A stretch of 64,000 bases of DNA, from positions 4,467 to 68,466 of the forward strand of contig DATHCP010000003.1 in assembly GCA_035490535.1 (NCBI GenBank). The letters are read 5' to 3'. The notes under the pieces were generated by a model. It made no database searches and had not been told where the DNA came from. It saw nothing but the letters and a program-made list of their open reading frames with translations. Origin of the DNA: Actinomycetota bacterium. Lineage in GTDB: Bacteria > Actinomycetota > UBA4738 > HRBIN12. Made by a program: the position numbers and the translations under genes. Positions 41,501 through 50,582 of this stretch are shown one piece after another. The first letter of the stretch is position 1. Every line of letters starts with the position of its first letter.

Positions 41501-42075
41501 ACGGCGATGCGGTGATGGGAGCGGCGGGACCGCGTCCCGGATGGCGCCGCCGCGCGGCGATCGGCGCCCTGTTGATCTTCGGACTGCCGACGCTCCTCAT
41601 CGGAGGACTGATCCTCGGTGTGCACGGACTCTCCCGGTACCAACCGCTCACCACCGGCTCGCTCGGAGTGGGACGCCCGCGGTACCGCGAGGGCGAGCGG
41701 TTCGACTTCGCCTACACGCTGCAGAACACGGGGCGATGGAGCGTGACGATCACCGGCCTCGACCTGCCGAGCCCCAGCTTGCTGCGCACCACCGGGATCT
41801 TCGTCTCGAAACCGGGCGCGAGCCTGAACGACGCCGGCGATACCTCGCCGAGGTTCTACGAGCCGTTCCAGAAGTTCACGCTCGCTCCCCACGAAGTGCG
41901 CGGGATCCTGATCCACAACACCTTCGCCAACTGCAACCTCTTCCACTCGAAGGATGTCGCCGCGGTGGGCTCGGTGGCGGAGTCGGTCGACTTCCAGGTG
42001 TTCGGGTACCACGGTCACCAGTGGGTGCCCGTGCGGTTCGCGATCCCGATGCCGAAGGAGTGTCCTGGCCGCTGA
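41497..42075 (+). CDS. Membrane-anchored hypothetical protein, paralog B
   Basis: Start at the ATG at 41497, overlapping the paralog A stop (ATGA). It has one TM helix (AIGALLIFGLPTLLIGGLILGV) and the same conserved blocks: SVTITGLDLPSP, FTLAPHEVRGILI, NTFANC and PKECPGR. Confidence 0.55.
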   Translation: MNGDAVMGAAGPRPGWRRRAAIGALLIFGLPTLLIGGLILGVHGLSRYQPLTTGSLGVGRPRYREGERFDFAYTLQNTGRWSVTITGLDLPSPSLLRTTGIFVSKPGASLNDAGDTSPRFYEPFQKFTLAPHEVRGILIHNTFANCNLFHSKDVAAVGSVAESVDFQVFGYHGHQWVPVRFAIPMPKECPGR

Positions 42076-42127
42076 CCGGGAGGTGACGAGGCGCCCTCCC
42101 GGAGGAGGGCGCCTCGCCGGTGGAGCC

Positions 42128-42445
42128 TCACATCACGTCGAGGACCTCGTGCACCGAGATGCCGCCGCCGCCCTGCAGGACCGGGCAGTCCTTGGCCAGC
42201 GTCGTCGCCTCGTCCAGCGAGCCGGCCTCCAGGATCGAGTAGCCGGTCACCGCCGCCGCGCCGCCATCGCGCACCGCGCCGTCGTTCGCGATCGTCTTGG
42301 CCTGACCCGAGGTCGGGTTGCCGCCGTCGACCACGGCCGAGCCGAGCGTGTGGAACCACCCGTCCCAGGCCTTCATCGCCGCGGCCTGCTCGGCCTCGGT
42401 CTCGGGCATGCTGCCACCGGTGTAGAGCAGCAGGTACTTCGCCAT
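42128..42445 (-). CDS. YciI-like (dimeric alpha/beta barrel) protein
   Basis: Start at the ATG at 42445 with a GAGGGAGGAAGG RBS. The N-terminal MAKYLLLYTGG and the size, of about 105 aa, fit the YCII-related family. Confidence 0.6.
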   Translation of the reverse strand: MAKYLLLYTGGSMPETEAEQAAAMKAWDGWFHTLGSAVVDGGNPTSGQAKTIANDGAVRDGGAAAVTGYSILEAGSLDEATTLAKDCPVLQGGGGISVHEVLDVM

Positions 42446-42549
42446 GCCTTCCTCCCTCGCTCGGGGTCCGCGTTCGGGACCGTCGACCCAACGACGAACG
42501 CGGACCGCCGGGTTCGACAACCGGGGCCGGAACGCGATAGCTATCTGCT

Positions 42550-43077
42550 ATGCCCCCCGAGCGGCAGGAAGCCCTCGCCACGATCCGCGACGGCGACGCG
42601 CGGCTCGCCGCGCTGTTCGCGCGCCTCGACGAGGAGGCGTTCGTGCGGCGCGGGACGATCGGCGATGGCGACTGGTCGGCGAAGGACCTGATGGGCCACA
42701 TCGCGTTGTGGGAGGAGATCGCGCTCGCCTGCATCGACCCGTGGCTCCGCGGCGAGGACCCGGAGCTCGAGGAGCGATTCACCCAGGGCAACGCGGATGC
42801 GATCAACGCCTGGAACGAGCGGCGTAAGCTCGAGTGGCCCCTCGCCCGGGTTCGGGACGAAGCCGCCAGGACCCACACCGAACTCGTCGAGCGGATCGAG
42901 GCGATGACCGACGAGGAGTGGTCGGCGCCGAAACGGTTCGAAGACGAACGGTCGGCGCCCGACCTGGCGACCCAGCTGGGCGGGATCCTCAGCGCCGACC
43001 GGCCGTTCAACCACGCCGACGCGCACCTGCCCGACCTCGAGGCCTACGTCACCTCGCTCGGCGATCCGCCGCGGTAG
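42550..43077 (+). CDS. ClbS/DfsB-like (DinB-superfamily four-helix bundle) protein
   Basis: 175 aa. It has an N-terminal helical region, WSAKDLMGHIALWEE and a C-terminal His, as in the DUF1706/ClbS family. The assignment is moderate. Confidence 0.5.
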   Translation: MPPERQEALATIRDGDARLAALFARLDEEAFVRRGTIGDGDWSAKDLMGHIALWEEIALACIDPWLRGEDPELEERFTQGNADAINAWNERRKLEWPLARVRDEAARTHTELVERIEAMTDEEWSAPKRFEDERSAPDLATQLGGILSADRPFNHADAHLPDLEAYVTSLGDPPR

Positions 43078-44503
43078 GCCGCGGCGGCAGCAGGAGCGGA
43101 GGCCGCGGCGGCTGCGTGAAGTCGAAGTCGGCGATCAGGTCACCCAGCCCGGGCGTTTCCTCCGCCACGAACGGCCGGCTGTCCGGGCGGCCGTCGGTCG
43201 TCGGGTCGAGGCGCTGCCCGTTCAGGAAGTCGTCCTCGATGAACCTCAGGTACGAGTCGGTCGACAGCTCCTGGTGGTCGATGTACCCGGTCCTCGCGTA
43301 CGGGCTGATCACGAGTCCCGGCACACGCAGGCCGAACCCCTGCGGGTTCGCGTTCGGCGGCGGCACGTGGTCGTAGAAGCCACCCCAGTCGTCCCACGAG
43401 AGGAAGATCGCGGTGCTGTCCCACTCCGGGCCGCGCATCGCGGCGTCGACGATCTTCGTGACCCACGCCTGCCCGTTCGCGATCGACGCGGGCGGGTGCT
43501 CGCTGTCGCGGCCGTTGGGGACGATCCACGTCACGTTCGGCAGCGTCCCCTGCCGCGCGTCGCGGAAGTACGCGCGGGCGACCTGGACGTTGCGGAGCTG
43601 GTGATCCTGGTGCACCGTTCGGAACTTCGGCAGCGGGTTCCAGATGTCCGGGGTGTCCACCGTTTGCCCGCGATAGGGGCAGAACATCGCCTGGTCGCCG
43701 CAATCGGGCTGGCTGCCGCGCTGGACGAAGTACCGCCAGCTGATGTGATGCGTGAACAGCAGGTAGCTGAGGTCGGTCCACGCGAACGGGGGCTGTCCGT
43801 CCTGGTTCGGGATCTGTCCGTGGTGATCGTCCCGCTGGTCGAGCTGCGTGTGACAGCTCATCGGATCGCTCGGGTTCTCGCAGCTCGCGCTCCAGCCGGA
43901 CACCATGTCCAGGTGCGCGGGCTCGCTCCAGGAGCGGACCCCTTCGAACATGTGGTCCTGCAGCACGAAGTGCTTCGCGTAGGCCCAGTAGTTCGGGATC
44001 TCCGCGGCGGTGTGGTAGCCGATCGAATCCGGCACGCGGGCGTGCGAGTGCGTGCCCGTGCACTGCGGGGCGGTCCGGCGTGTGGTGCAGTAGGCGAGCC
44101 GGCCCCGGAGCGCCATCCGCACGAACCCGTCCATCCGACCGTGATCGACGTCCAGGCGAGCGGCCGCGTCCGAGTGCGGCCCGCCGTCGTCGATCAGGCT
44201 CCGGTCGTGGAACGGGTGGACGCAGTGGCCGACGAGCGCATCCGGGATGCAGGCCGTCGGAACCCCATCCTTCATCGGGATCCCGTCGGCGCCCGGGAAC
44301 GTCGCGAAGTAGTTGTCGAACGACCGGTTCTCCTGCATCACCACGATCACGTGGCGGATCAGATGGATCCCGGAGGCGTCCCCGAGCTGCGCCTCGACCG
44401 ATCCGACGAGGCCTGCGGGAGGGATCGAGGTCCTCGACGAGCAGGAGACGGTGAGTGCGCCGATCAGCACCGCGGCCGAGGCCGCGAGCCCCGCGCGACG
44501 CAT
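43049..44503 (-). CDS. Phosphoesterase family protein (phospholipase C / acid phosphatase AcpA-like), secreted or lipoprotein
   Basis: Start at the ATG at 44503 (MRRAGLAASAAVLIGALTVSCSS), a signal or lipoprotein peptide. VIVVMQENRSFDNYFATFPG is the phosphoesterase (PLC/AcpA) N-terminal signature. The protein is about 485 aa. Confidence 0.8.
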   Translation of the reverse strand: MRRAGLAASAAVLIGALTVSCSSRTSIPPAGLVGSVEAQLGDASGIHLIRHVIVVMQENRSFDNYFATFPGADGIPMKDGVPTACIPDALVGHCVHPFHDRSLIDDGGPHSDAAARLDVDHGRMDGFVRMALRGRLAYCTTRRTAPQCTGTHSHARVPDSIGYHTAAEIPNYWAYAKHFVLQDHMFEGVRSWSEPAHLDMVSGWSASCENPSDPMSCHTQLDQRDDHHGQIPNQDGQPPFAWTDLSYLLFTHHISWRYFVQRGSQPDCGDQAMFCPYRGQTVDTPDIWNPLPKFRTVHQDHQLRNVQVARAYFRDARQGTLPNVTWIVPNGRDSEHPPASIANGQAWVTKIVDAAMRGPEWDSTAIFLSWDDWGGFYDHVPPPNANPQGFGLRVPGLVISPYARTGYIDHQELSTDSYLRFIEDDFLNGQRLDPTTDGRPDSRPFVAEETPGLGDLIADFDFTQPPRPPLLLPPRPTAADRRAR

Positions 44504-44549
44504 CCTGGTCGACGCCACGCGGGGGATGCGTCGCGCGGGGTGGAGCGGT

Positions 44550-45101
44550 TCAGCGGTGGATCGGCTTGTCCGTGCGGACCGGGCCGTTGAACGGAACCCC
44601 GAACCCCACACCCTCCAGCACGTAGTGCACGGTGGCGCCCCCGTCGGCGGTCACGGACACGTTGAAGCCCGAGGCAACGTAGATCGACCCGTTCAGCGCC
44701 GCCTCCAGGTGACCGGTCGCCGAGCCGCCGTCGACCGTGCCCTGCCAGATGATCGAGCCGGCTCCGAGCGTGATCCCCTTGCGGACCGTAAGCGTGGCGG
44801 CCACACCGTTCGTCACCGGCACGTCGAGGCTGATCCCCGACAGCTCGCCCTTCCCGCTCTTCGTGCCGCTCCCGGTGGCGCTCAGGATCACGGTGTTGCC
44901 CGCATCCTGCGTATACACGAGCGAGCCGCTCGCGTCGGTCCAGAGGCTGCCCGCGGTCACGCGCGCCTTCTGCGCGGTCTTCGGATCCTTCACCGTGACG
45001 AGGTTCGACGCCGCTTGCGCGAGCGGTGGCCCGACCAGGTACCCGACGATCGCCGCCGCCAGCACCAGCCCCGACACGCGGACCCACTTCCCTGCCTGCA
45101 T
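44550..45101 (-). CDS. Secreted Gly/Ser/Thr-rich hypothetical protein
   Basis: 183 aa with a GAGAGAGGGG RBS. It has a signal peptide (LVLAAAIVGYLVGPPLAQAAS), a beta-rich low-complexity composition and no Cys. Confidence 0.5.
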   Translation of the reverse strand: MQAGKWVRVSGLVLAAAIVGYLVGPPLAQAASNLVTVKDPKTAQKARVTAGSLWTDASGSLVYTQDAGNTVILSATGSGTKSGKGELSGISLDVPVTNGVAATLTVRKGITLGAGSIIWQGTVDGGSATGHLEAALNGSIYVASGFNVSVTADGGATVHYVLEGVGFGVPFNGPVRTDKPIHR

Positions 45102-45190
45102 CGCTCCGCCCCTCTCTCGGTGGACGTCCGGATGCGAACGAGTGTCGGTCTCGTTCCGCCCCGACGCAACGACGCGGGGGCGTGCGGGTC

Positions 45191-46156
45191 CTACTCGAGG
45201 CCGTAGAGGCGGCGGGCCGCCGGCGTCATCCGTGCGAGCTCGGACGCCGGGATCGCCGGGGGTCGGTGCTCGGGCTCCGCGTCTCCACGCCGGAAGAACT
45301 TGCGCCGCCCGACCATCGCGGGGGGCTCCGGCTTCGGGGGTCGGGGGACCGACGGGTGCCGAAGTCCCTCGGTGACCTCGGCCGCGGGATGCGCCTCCGG
45401 AACCGTTGGACCTCGCCGCAGCCCGTCACCAACCCCATCACGTCGTTGACGTTCCTGAACTGCATCCCTCAGAACGTCGGGCTTTCGAACTTCTCGAACT
45501 TCTCGAACTTCTCGAACTTCGTGTTGCTGAACTTCCTGAACTTCCTGTGTTCCAACTTCGCGTACCTGGGGGGTTGGAGGTTGCTTCGCAACTTCCTCCG
45601 ACACCAACCTCCTCTCGACCTTCGCGAGCGCGCCCAGCAAGCGCGTCCGCAGGTCGGACGTCCGTCGGTCAGCTTCCTTGACCATCTCGTCCGTCGAGGC
45701 GTCGGCGCGGGAACGTCGGCCCACATCCGACAGATCGATGTCCAGCCGGAAGGGGTACCGGGCGGCCGGCGCCGGAGCGTCCCGCCACGCGGGACCGGGC
45801 GCATCCGCCAGCGGATCCTCCCGGTAGCGGCCGACGAATTCCAGCTTGCCGGGCTCCGCACCGATCACGCGGTCCTCGACCGAGGCGTCCACCAAGCCGG
45901 TCAGCAGCATCGGGCGGCGGATCCTGGGACCGGTACGGCCCTGGGAGCGCTCGGCCGCCTCGGCGCGGAGCTGCCGCTGCTCCTCATCGTCCCGCCGCCG
46001 GAACTCGGCCGCGAAACGCTCTGCGCCCCAACGAGAAGCCCGCATCCGGGCGTAGGTGAGGAGGGCAGCTTCGATGCCGTCGTCGTCCTCGGGCACGTCG
46101 GTGTCGTCGCCCCACGTGCGGAGGTCTTCCAGCCAGAACGCCCCCTCTGCCGCCAT
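45191..46156 (-). CDS. Hypothetical protein containing an in-frame EVR/QEV tandem-repeat segment
   Basis: Start tentatively at the ATG at 46156 (MAAEGAFWLEDL), so that it does not overlap the upstream cyclase gene. It has an acidic N-terminus, and its C-terminal part contains QEVQEVQQHEVREVREVREVR, encoded by the 9-bp repeats. No domain recognised. Confidence 0.4.
   Translation of the reverse strand: MAAEGAFWLEDLRTWGDDTDVPEDDDGIEAALLTYARMRASRWGAERFAAEFRRRDDEEQRQLRAEAAERSQGRTGPRIRRPMLLTGLVDASVEDRVIGAEPGKLEFVGRYREDPLADAPGPAWRDAPAPAARYPFRLDIDLSDVGRRSRADASTDEMVKEADRRTSDLRTRLLGALAKVERRLVSEEVAKQPPTPQVREVGTQEVQEVQQHEVREVREVREVRKPDVLRDAVQERQRRDGVGDGLRRGPTVPEAHPAAEVTEGLRHPSVPRPPKPEPPAMVGRRKFFRRGDAEPEHRPPAIPASELARMTPAARRLYGLE
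45486..45545. repeat. 9-bp tandem repeat (CGAACTTCT x3 plus one variant copy, then TGAACTTCC x2) in a local low-GC (about 45-58%) patch
   Basis: Directly visible: cgaacttctcgaacttctcgaacttctcgaacttcg...tgaacttcctgaacttcc. The repeat is in frame on the minus strand (EVR/QEV units). Local GC is far below the roughly 70% window average. Confidence 0.8.
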
Positions 46157-46190
46157 CCCGATGGGTATCGGCACGCGAGCGGGGGGACCT

Positions 46191-49100
46191 TCAGCCGGAG
46201 AGCCGATCCACCTCCGCGACCAGCGGATCCGCCCCGAGACCCGCGAAGACCTCCCGGGCGCGCGCCCGCCGGTGCGCCGCCTCGGCCCTGCCGAGGCGGC
46301 CCAGGCACCGGGCGGCGCCCAGCAGGGCACCGCCGGTGGCCGGCACGTGCCCGTAGTCGGCCCATCCCTCGGCCGCCTCGTCGAACAGGGCCGCGGCGCC
46401 CTCGTCGTCGCCGTCCGCCTCGGCGAGGGCGGCCCGCGCCGTTGCGACCGAGAGCAGGTGGCGGCGGGTGAACGTCCTCGCCCGCTCGAGGAGTCGCCGC
46501 GCGGCGTCCACGTCGCCGGCGGCGATACACAACCGCACGAGGTCGGCGATCGAGCCTTCGAGGTACCAATCGAGACGGATCTCCGTCATCGCCTCGAGCT
46601 CGGCGACGATCGCGAGCGCGTCCTGCGGCCTGCCGTCGCGCAGCGCGACGAGACCGGCCGTCACGAACGCCGGCACGACCACCTGGGCGTCGCGGAGTTC
46701 GCGACCGACCACGACCAGGTCCTCGGCGGCCGCACGCGCCTCGTCGAGGCGGCCCCGCCACAACAGGACCTGCGTGCGCCAGGGTGTGGTGAGCCCCGCG
46801 GCGTACCGCCCACCGACCTCGTCGGCGTGGCGGAGCACGTCGTCCGCGATCCGCAGCAGCTCATCCCACTCCCCCGCGTCGAACAGCGGGCCGAGGCTGG
46901 TGGTCCAGCAGCCGACGAGCATCTCGCTGAGCGCCCGGTGCTCCGCGAGTGCGGCGCCGGCCGCCGTCGCCTCGAGCGCCGGCGCGGGCCCCTCGGCGGC
47001 CCACAGCACCTCGGCGAGGATCAGCAGCACGCGCGCGTTCTCGCGGGACAGCCCGAGCCGCTCGGTCAGCTCTCGCGCTTCTCGGAGGTCGTCCAGCCCG
47101 CCGAGGTCGCCCAGGTAGCACCGGGACATGCCCCGGTAGGACAGCGCGCGCGGCCGGCTCGCCTCGGCGCCGAGCTTCCCGACGAGCTCCAGCGCGCGCT
47201 CGGAGACCTCGATCGCCTCCTCGAAGTGCCCGGTCAGCAGGTGGTCCGAGGCGATCGACGCGTAACAGTCGGCGAGCTCCGGGCCGGGCGGCTCGGCCTC
47301 GAGGTCGGCCACCGCCTGCGCGAGCAGCTCCCGCGAGCCGGCGGTGTCGCCTTGTTCCCAGCGGACGGTCGCCAGCCAGTTCTCCGCGGCGCCCGCGACC
47401 AGCCGGTCGCCGTTCGCGCGTGCGGCGGCGATCACCTCCTCGTAGGCGGCGCGCGCCTCCGGATAGCGGCCTCGATAGAACGACGCCTCCGCCTGCGCCG
47501 CGAGGATCGCCGCGCGCTCAGGCGCCTCCGCCGGCAGCGTCGCCAACGCGCGGCCGAACGAGGCGTACGCGCTGTCGACGTCCAGGCTCATCTGGCGCTC
47601 GCCGGCCATCACCCAGTACCGCCGTGTGGCGTCCTCGAGGTCGCCGACATCGGTGCGGCCGGCCGAGCGCAACAGCTCCAGGGCGCGGTCGTGATGGAAC
47701 GCGAGGACCTCGGCTTTGTCCGAGACGCGCTCGCCGGCGATCCCCTCGATCCATGCCGCCGCCGCGACGTGCTTCGCCGCCCTGGGCTCGCGCGGGATCT
47801 GGCCGTACGCGACGTCGCGGATCAGGGCGTGCGAGAACGCGTACTCGTGCTGATCCCGGATCGAGGACTCGCGCGAGCGCCGGACCAGCTCGCTCCGCAC
47901 GAGCTCGTGCAGGCGGGCCTCGACATCGGCCGGATCGGCGCCGCCGATCGCGGCCAGCGCGCCGGACCAGAAGACCTTCCCGACCACCGAGGCGTCCTGC
48001 AGCAGGAACTTCTGCTCCACCGGCAGCGTGTCCAGGCGCGCCGCGATCAGGGCCTGCAGGCTCTCCGGCGGCGTGATCTCCGGATCGCCCCCGCCGGCCG
48101 GTCCCACGAACATCCGGGCGAGCTCCTCGGCGAACAACGGGTTGCCGCCGGCGCGTTCGATCAAGGCGCCGCCGACCGCCGAGACCGTCTCTGCCGGCAG
48201 CAGCGAGGCAACGAGGCTCCGCGTGTCGGTCTCGCTGAGCGGCGCCAGCGACACCGTGCTCGCGTTGCGCGTGCCGCCGCCCCAGTTCGGCACGCGATCG
48301 AACAACTCCGGCCGCGCCGAGCACAGGATCAGCATCGGCCCGACGCTCCATTCGACGAGGTACTCCACGAACGCGAGCAGCGCGTCGTCGGCCCAGTGCA
48401 GGTCCTCGAGCACGACGACGAGCGGCCAGTGCGCCGCGACCGCCTCCAGGAACCGGCGCCAGGCGCTGAACGCCTCGGTGCGATCGGCCCCCTCGGACTG
48501 CGGCTCGTCCAGTCCGATCAGCGGCGCGAGGCGTCCCCGGACCCAGCCGCGCTCGCCCGGATCGTCCACGACCGCCTCGACCGTGGCGGTCAGCTTCGCG
48601 CGGGCCTCGGCGGCGTCGTCCGATTCGAGGATGCCGGCCTGCGCCTTCACGACCTGCCCCAGCGCCCAGAACGTCACGCCCTCGCCGTAGGACAGGCTCC
48701 GCCCCTGCCGCCAGGCGATCACCTCGGGAAGGTCGTCGAGGTAGGTGAAGAACTCGCGGATCACCCGGCTCTTGCCCACGCCGGGCTCGCCCATCAGGGT
48801 CACCAGCTGCACCGAGGGCTCGCGAACCGCGCGGGCGAACGTCCGCTTCAGCAGCTCGAGCTCGTCCTCGCGGTCGACCATCGGGGTCGAGCTCCGATCG
48901 AGCATCTCCGCGCCGAAGCGGCTCCGCGCCGATCGCGCGACCCAGATGTGCAGCGGCTTCGCCTTGCCCTTGACCTCGACGGGTTCGACCTCGTCGAAGT
49001 CGAAGGCCTCGGCCGTCAAGCCGTGCGCGCGCTCGCCCACGATCACGCCGCCGACGGGCGCGACCGTCTGCAGCCTGGAGGCGGTGCTCACCACGTCCCC

Positions 49101-49484
49101 GACCGCGATCCCCTGCTTCGTCCGATCGGCGCCGACGGCCACCACGGCCTCGCCGGTCTCCACCCCGATCCGGACCTGGAGGTTCAGCTCGGGCTGCGAC
49201 TCGTTCAGGACCTCGATCGCCGGGGGGATCCGCAGCGCGCTCAGCAGCGCGCGCTGCGCGTCGTCCTCGTGGGCGACCGGCGCGCCGTAGACCGCCATCA
49301 CCGCGTCGCCGATGTACTTCTCCACGACGCCGCCGAACCGCTCGATCTCGCGCGAGACGGTGGCGTGGTAGGTGGCCAGCGCGTCGCGGACGTCCTCGGG
49401 GTCGGCCAGGTCGAACGTCGCGGTGAAGCCCACGAGGTCGCAGAACAGGATCGTGACGACCTTGCGTTCGACGCTGCTGCCCAC
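46191..49484 (-). CDS. Class III nucleotidyl cyclase-like / AAA-ATPase / TPR-like multidomain (STAND-type) protein, paralog 2 (no Zn ribbon)
   Basis: 1097 aa. The cyclase-like domain shows ILFCDLVGFT, YIGDAVMAVYG and VVSTASRLQ, so Ser replaces the usually conserved Asn. The P-loop is MGEPGVGKSRVI, and helical repeats follow. It has the same architecture as 32352..35843. Confidence 0.85.
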   Translation of the reverse strand: MGSSVERKVVTILFCDLVGFTATFDLADPEDVRDALATYHATVSREIERFGGVVEKYIGDAVMAVYGAPVAHEDDAQRALLSALRIPPAIEVLNESQPELNLQVRIGVETGEAVVAVGADRTKQGIAVGDVVSTASRLQTVAPVGGVIVGERAHGLTAEAFDFDEVEPVEVKGKAKPLHIWVARSARSRFGAEMLDRSSTPMVDREDELELLKRTFARAVREPSVQLVTLMGEPGVGKSRVIREFFTYLDDLPEVIAWRQGRSLSYGEGVTFWALGQVVKAQAGILESDDAAEARAKLTATVEAVVDDPGERGWVRGRLAPLIGLDEPQSEGADRTEAFSAWRRFLEAVAAHWPLVVVLEDLHWADDALLAFVEYLVEWSVGPMLILCSARPELFDRVPNWGGGTRNASTVSLAPLSETDTRSLVASLLPAETVSAVGGALIERAGGNPLFAEELARMFVGPAGGGDPEITPPESLQALIAARLDTLPVEQKFLLQDASVVGKVFWSGALAAIGGADPADVEARLHELVRSELVRRSRESSIRDQHEYAFSHALIRDVAYGQIPREPRAAKHVAAAAWIEGIAGERVSDKAEVLAFHHDRALELLRSAGRTDVGDLEDATRRYWVMAGERQMSLDVDSAYASFGRALATLPAEAPERAAILAAQAEASFYRGRYPEARAAYEEVIAAARANGDRLVAGAAENWLATVRWEQGDTAGSRELLAQAVADLEAEPPGPELADCYASIASDHLLTGHFEEAIEVSERALELVGKLGAEASRPRALSYRGMSRCYLGDLGGLDDLREARELTERLGLSRENARVLLILAEVLWAAEGPAPALEATAAGAALAEHRALSEMLVGCWTTSLGPLFDAGEWDELLRIADDVLRHADEVGGRYAAGLTTPWRTQVLLWRGRLDEARAAAEDLVVVGRELRDAQVVVPAFVTAGLVALRDGRPQDALAIVAELEAMTEIRLDWYLEGSIADLVRLCIAAGDVDAARRLLERARTFTRRHLLSVATARAALAEADGDDEGAAALFDEAAEGWADYGHVPATGGALLGAARCLGRLGRAEAAHRRARAREVFAGLGADPLVAEVDRLSG

Positions 49485-49535
49485 GGCCGCAGTGTATGGC
49501 GGCCGGACCAGCGGATTCAGCGGCCGGCCGGCGGG

Positions 49536-50483
49536 CTAGGCCGGCTCGGCCACCCAGCGCATCGGGTCGCCGGCCCCGAGGTCCTCCACCCCGGCGTCGA
49601 TCAGCGCGCCGGCCACGAGCGTGCGCCGGTGCGCGGCGAACGTCAGGACGTGCGCGATCATGCCGCCGTAGGTGAAGACCTCCGGGTCCTCGCAGATCGC
49701 GTCCACGAAGGTCTCGTCCAGGCGCCCCTCGTCCCCGACCGTCCGGACCCGCTCGAGGAAGGCGGATCCTTCCCGGTCGAGGCGTGCCCGCATCGATGCG
49801 ATCGACTCATGCTGCTCGACGTCCCAGTCGTACGGTCGGCCGTCGATCGCCGCGTTCCACATCGCCATCTGCCCGACCAGCCGCGACAGGAGCGACCGCA
49901 ACGTCGGATCGTCGTCGACCCCTTCGACCGAGATCCGGATCGGCTCGTCGAGCTGCGCGTCGCTCAGCGTGCCGGCACGCGTGATCATCTCGCCGACGAG
50001 CCAGACGTGGTGCTCCACCATGCGGTTCAGCAGGTCCATCGGACCCTCCTTCGTTCGTGCGGGCAGCCGCAGGCTGCCCGGCGGATGGAAGTGCACGCCG
50101 CTCGGCGCGTCCAACTGGAACCGGCGGGGCTCGCGTCGCCACGCGGCGGGCGCGGCGCCGTAGGAACGGGCGAAGGCCCGCGTGAACGCCTCGTTCGAGC
50201 CGTAGCCGGCCTCGATCGCGACGTCCAGGACGGAGCGATCCGTCGTCACCAGCCGGTAGGCGGCCCGCTCCAGGAGCACCCGCCGGCGGAACGCGCCCGG
50301 CGGCTCACCGGCCGTCGCCGCCACCACGCGATCGAGGTGGTACCGCGAGAGGTGGACGCGGGCGGCAAGGTCGGCTCCGGAGGCCTCGTGATCGTCCAGG
50401 GCCGAGGACAGGACCTCGACGAAGGAGCGGAAGGTGTCGGTCGCGGTGCTCACGTCCCCATCCTCGTCGAGTCGCCCGTTCAC
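49536..50483 (-). CDS. AraC-family transcriptional regulator fused to a DinB/YfiT-like C-terminal domain
   Basis: 315 aa. The N-terminal HTH_AraC region is LSRYHLDRVV...LDVAIEAGYGSNEAFTRAFARSYGAAP. The C-terminal region of about 170 aa has a four-helix-bundle-like His-containing segment (VEHHVWLVGEM...). It is divergent from the putative RiPP operon. Confidence 0.75.
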   Translation of the reverse strand: MNGRLDEDGDVSTATDTFRSFVEVLSSALDDHEASGADLAARVHLSRYHLDRVVAATAGEPPGAFRRRVLLERAAYRLVTTDRSVLDVAIEAGYGSNEAFTRAFARSYGAAPAAWRREPRRFQLDAPSGVHFHPPGSLRLPARTKEGPMDLLNRMVEHHVWLVGEMITRAGTLSDAQLDEPIRISVEGVDDDPTLRSLLSRLVGQMAMWNAAIDGRPYDWDVEQHESIASMRARLDREGSAFLERVRTVGDEGRLDETFVDAICEDPEVFTYGGMIAHVLTFAAHRRTLVAGALIDAGVEDLGAGDPMRWVAEPA

Positions 50484-50524
50484 GGCTTGATCGGCGTTGC
50501 GCTTCCCGCGGAACCGACCTCCGA

Positions 50525-50553
50525 TTGACCCCCCGGGCAGCGCCGACTAGCGT
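50525..50553 (+). promoter_or_regulatory. Candidate sigma70/SigA-type promoter (TTGACC-17 nt-TAGCGT) for the precursor-methyltransferase operon
   Basis: TTGACC at 50525-50530 and a TANNNT-type -10 (TAGCGT) at 50548-50553 lie about 30 nt upstream of the ATG at 50583, which carries a GGGAGGGGAG RBS. This is sequence inspection only. Confidence 0.35.
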
Positions 50554-50582
50554 TCCCTCCGAGCGCAGCGGGAGGGGAGCCC

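Noticed and set aside
45486-45545. Tandem short repeats, considered as a possible CRISPR-like or minisatellite array
   Set aside because: The units are 9 bp, contiguous and in frame within an ORF. There are no spacers and no cas genes. They were annotated as a coding VNTR instead.
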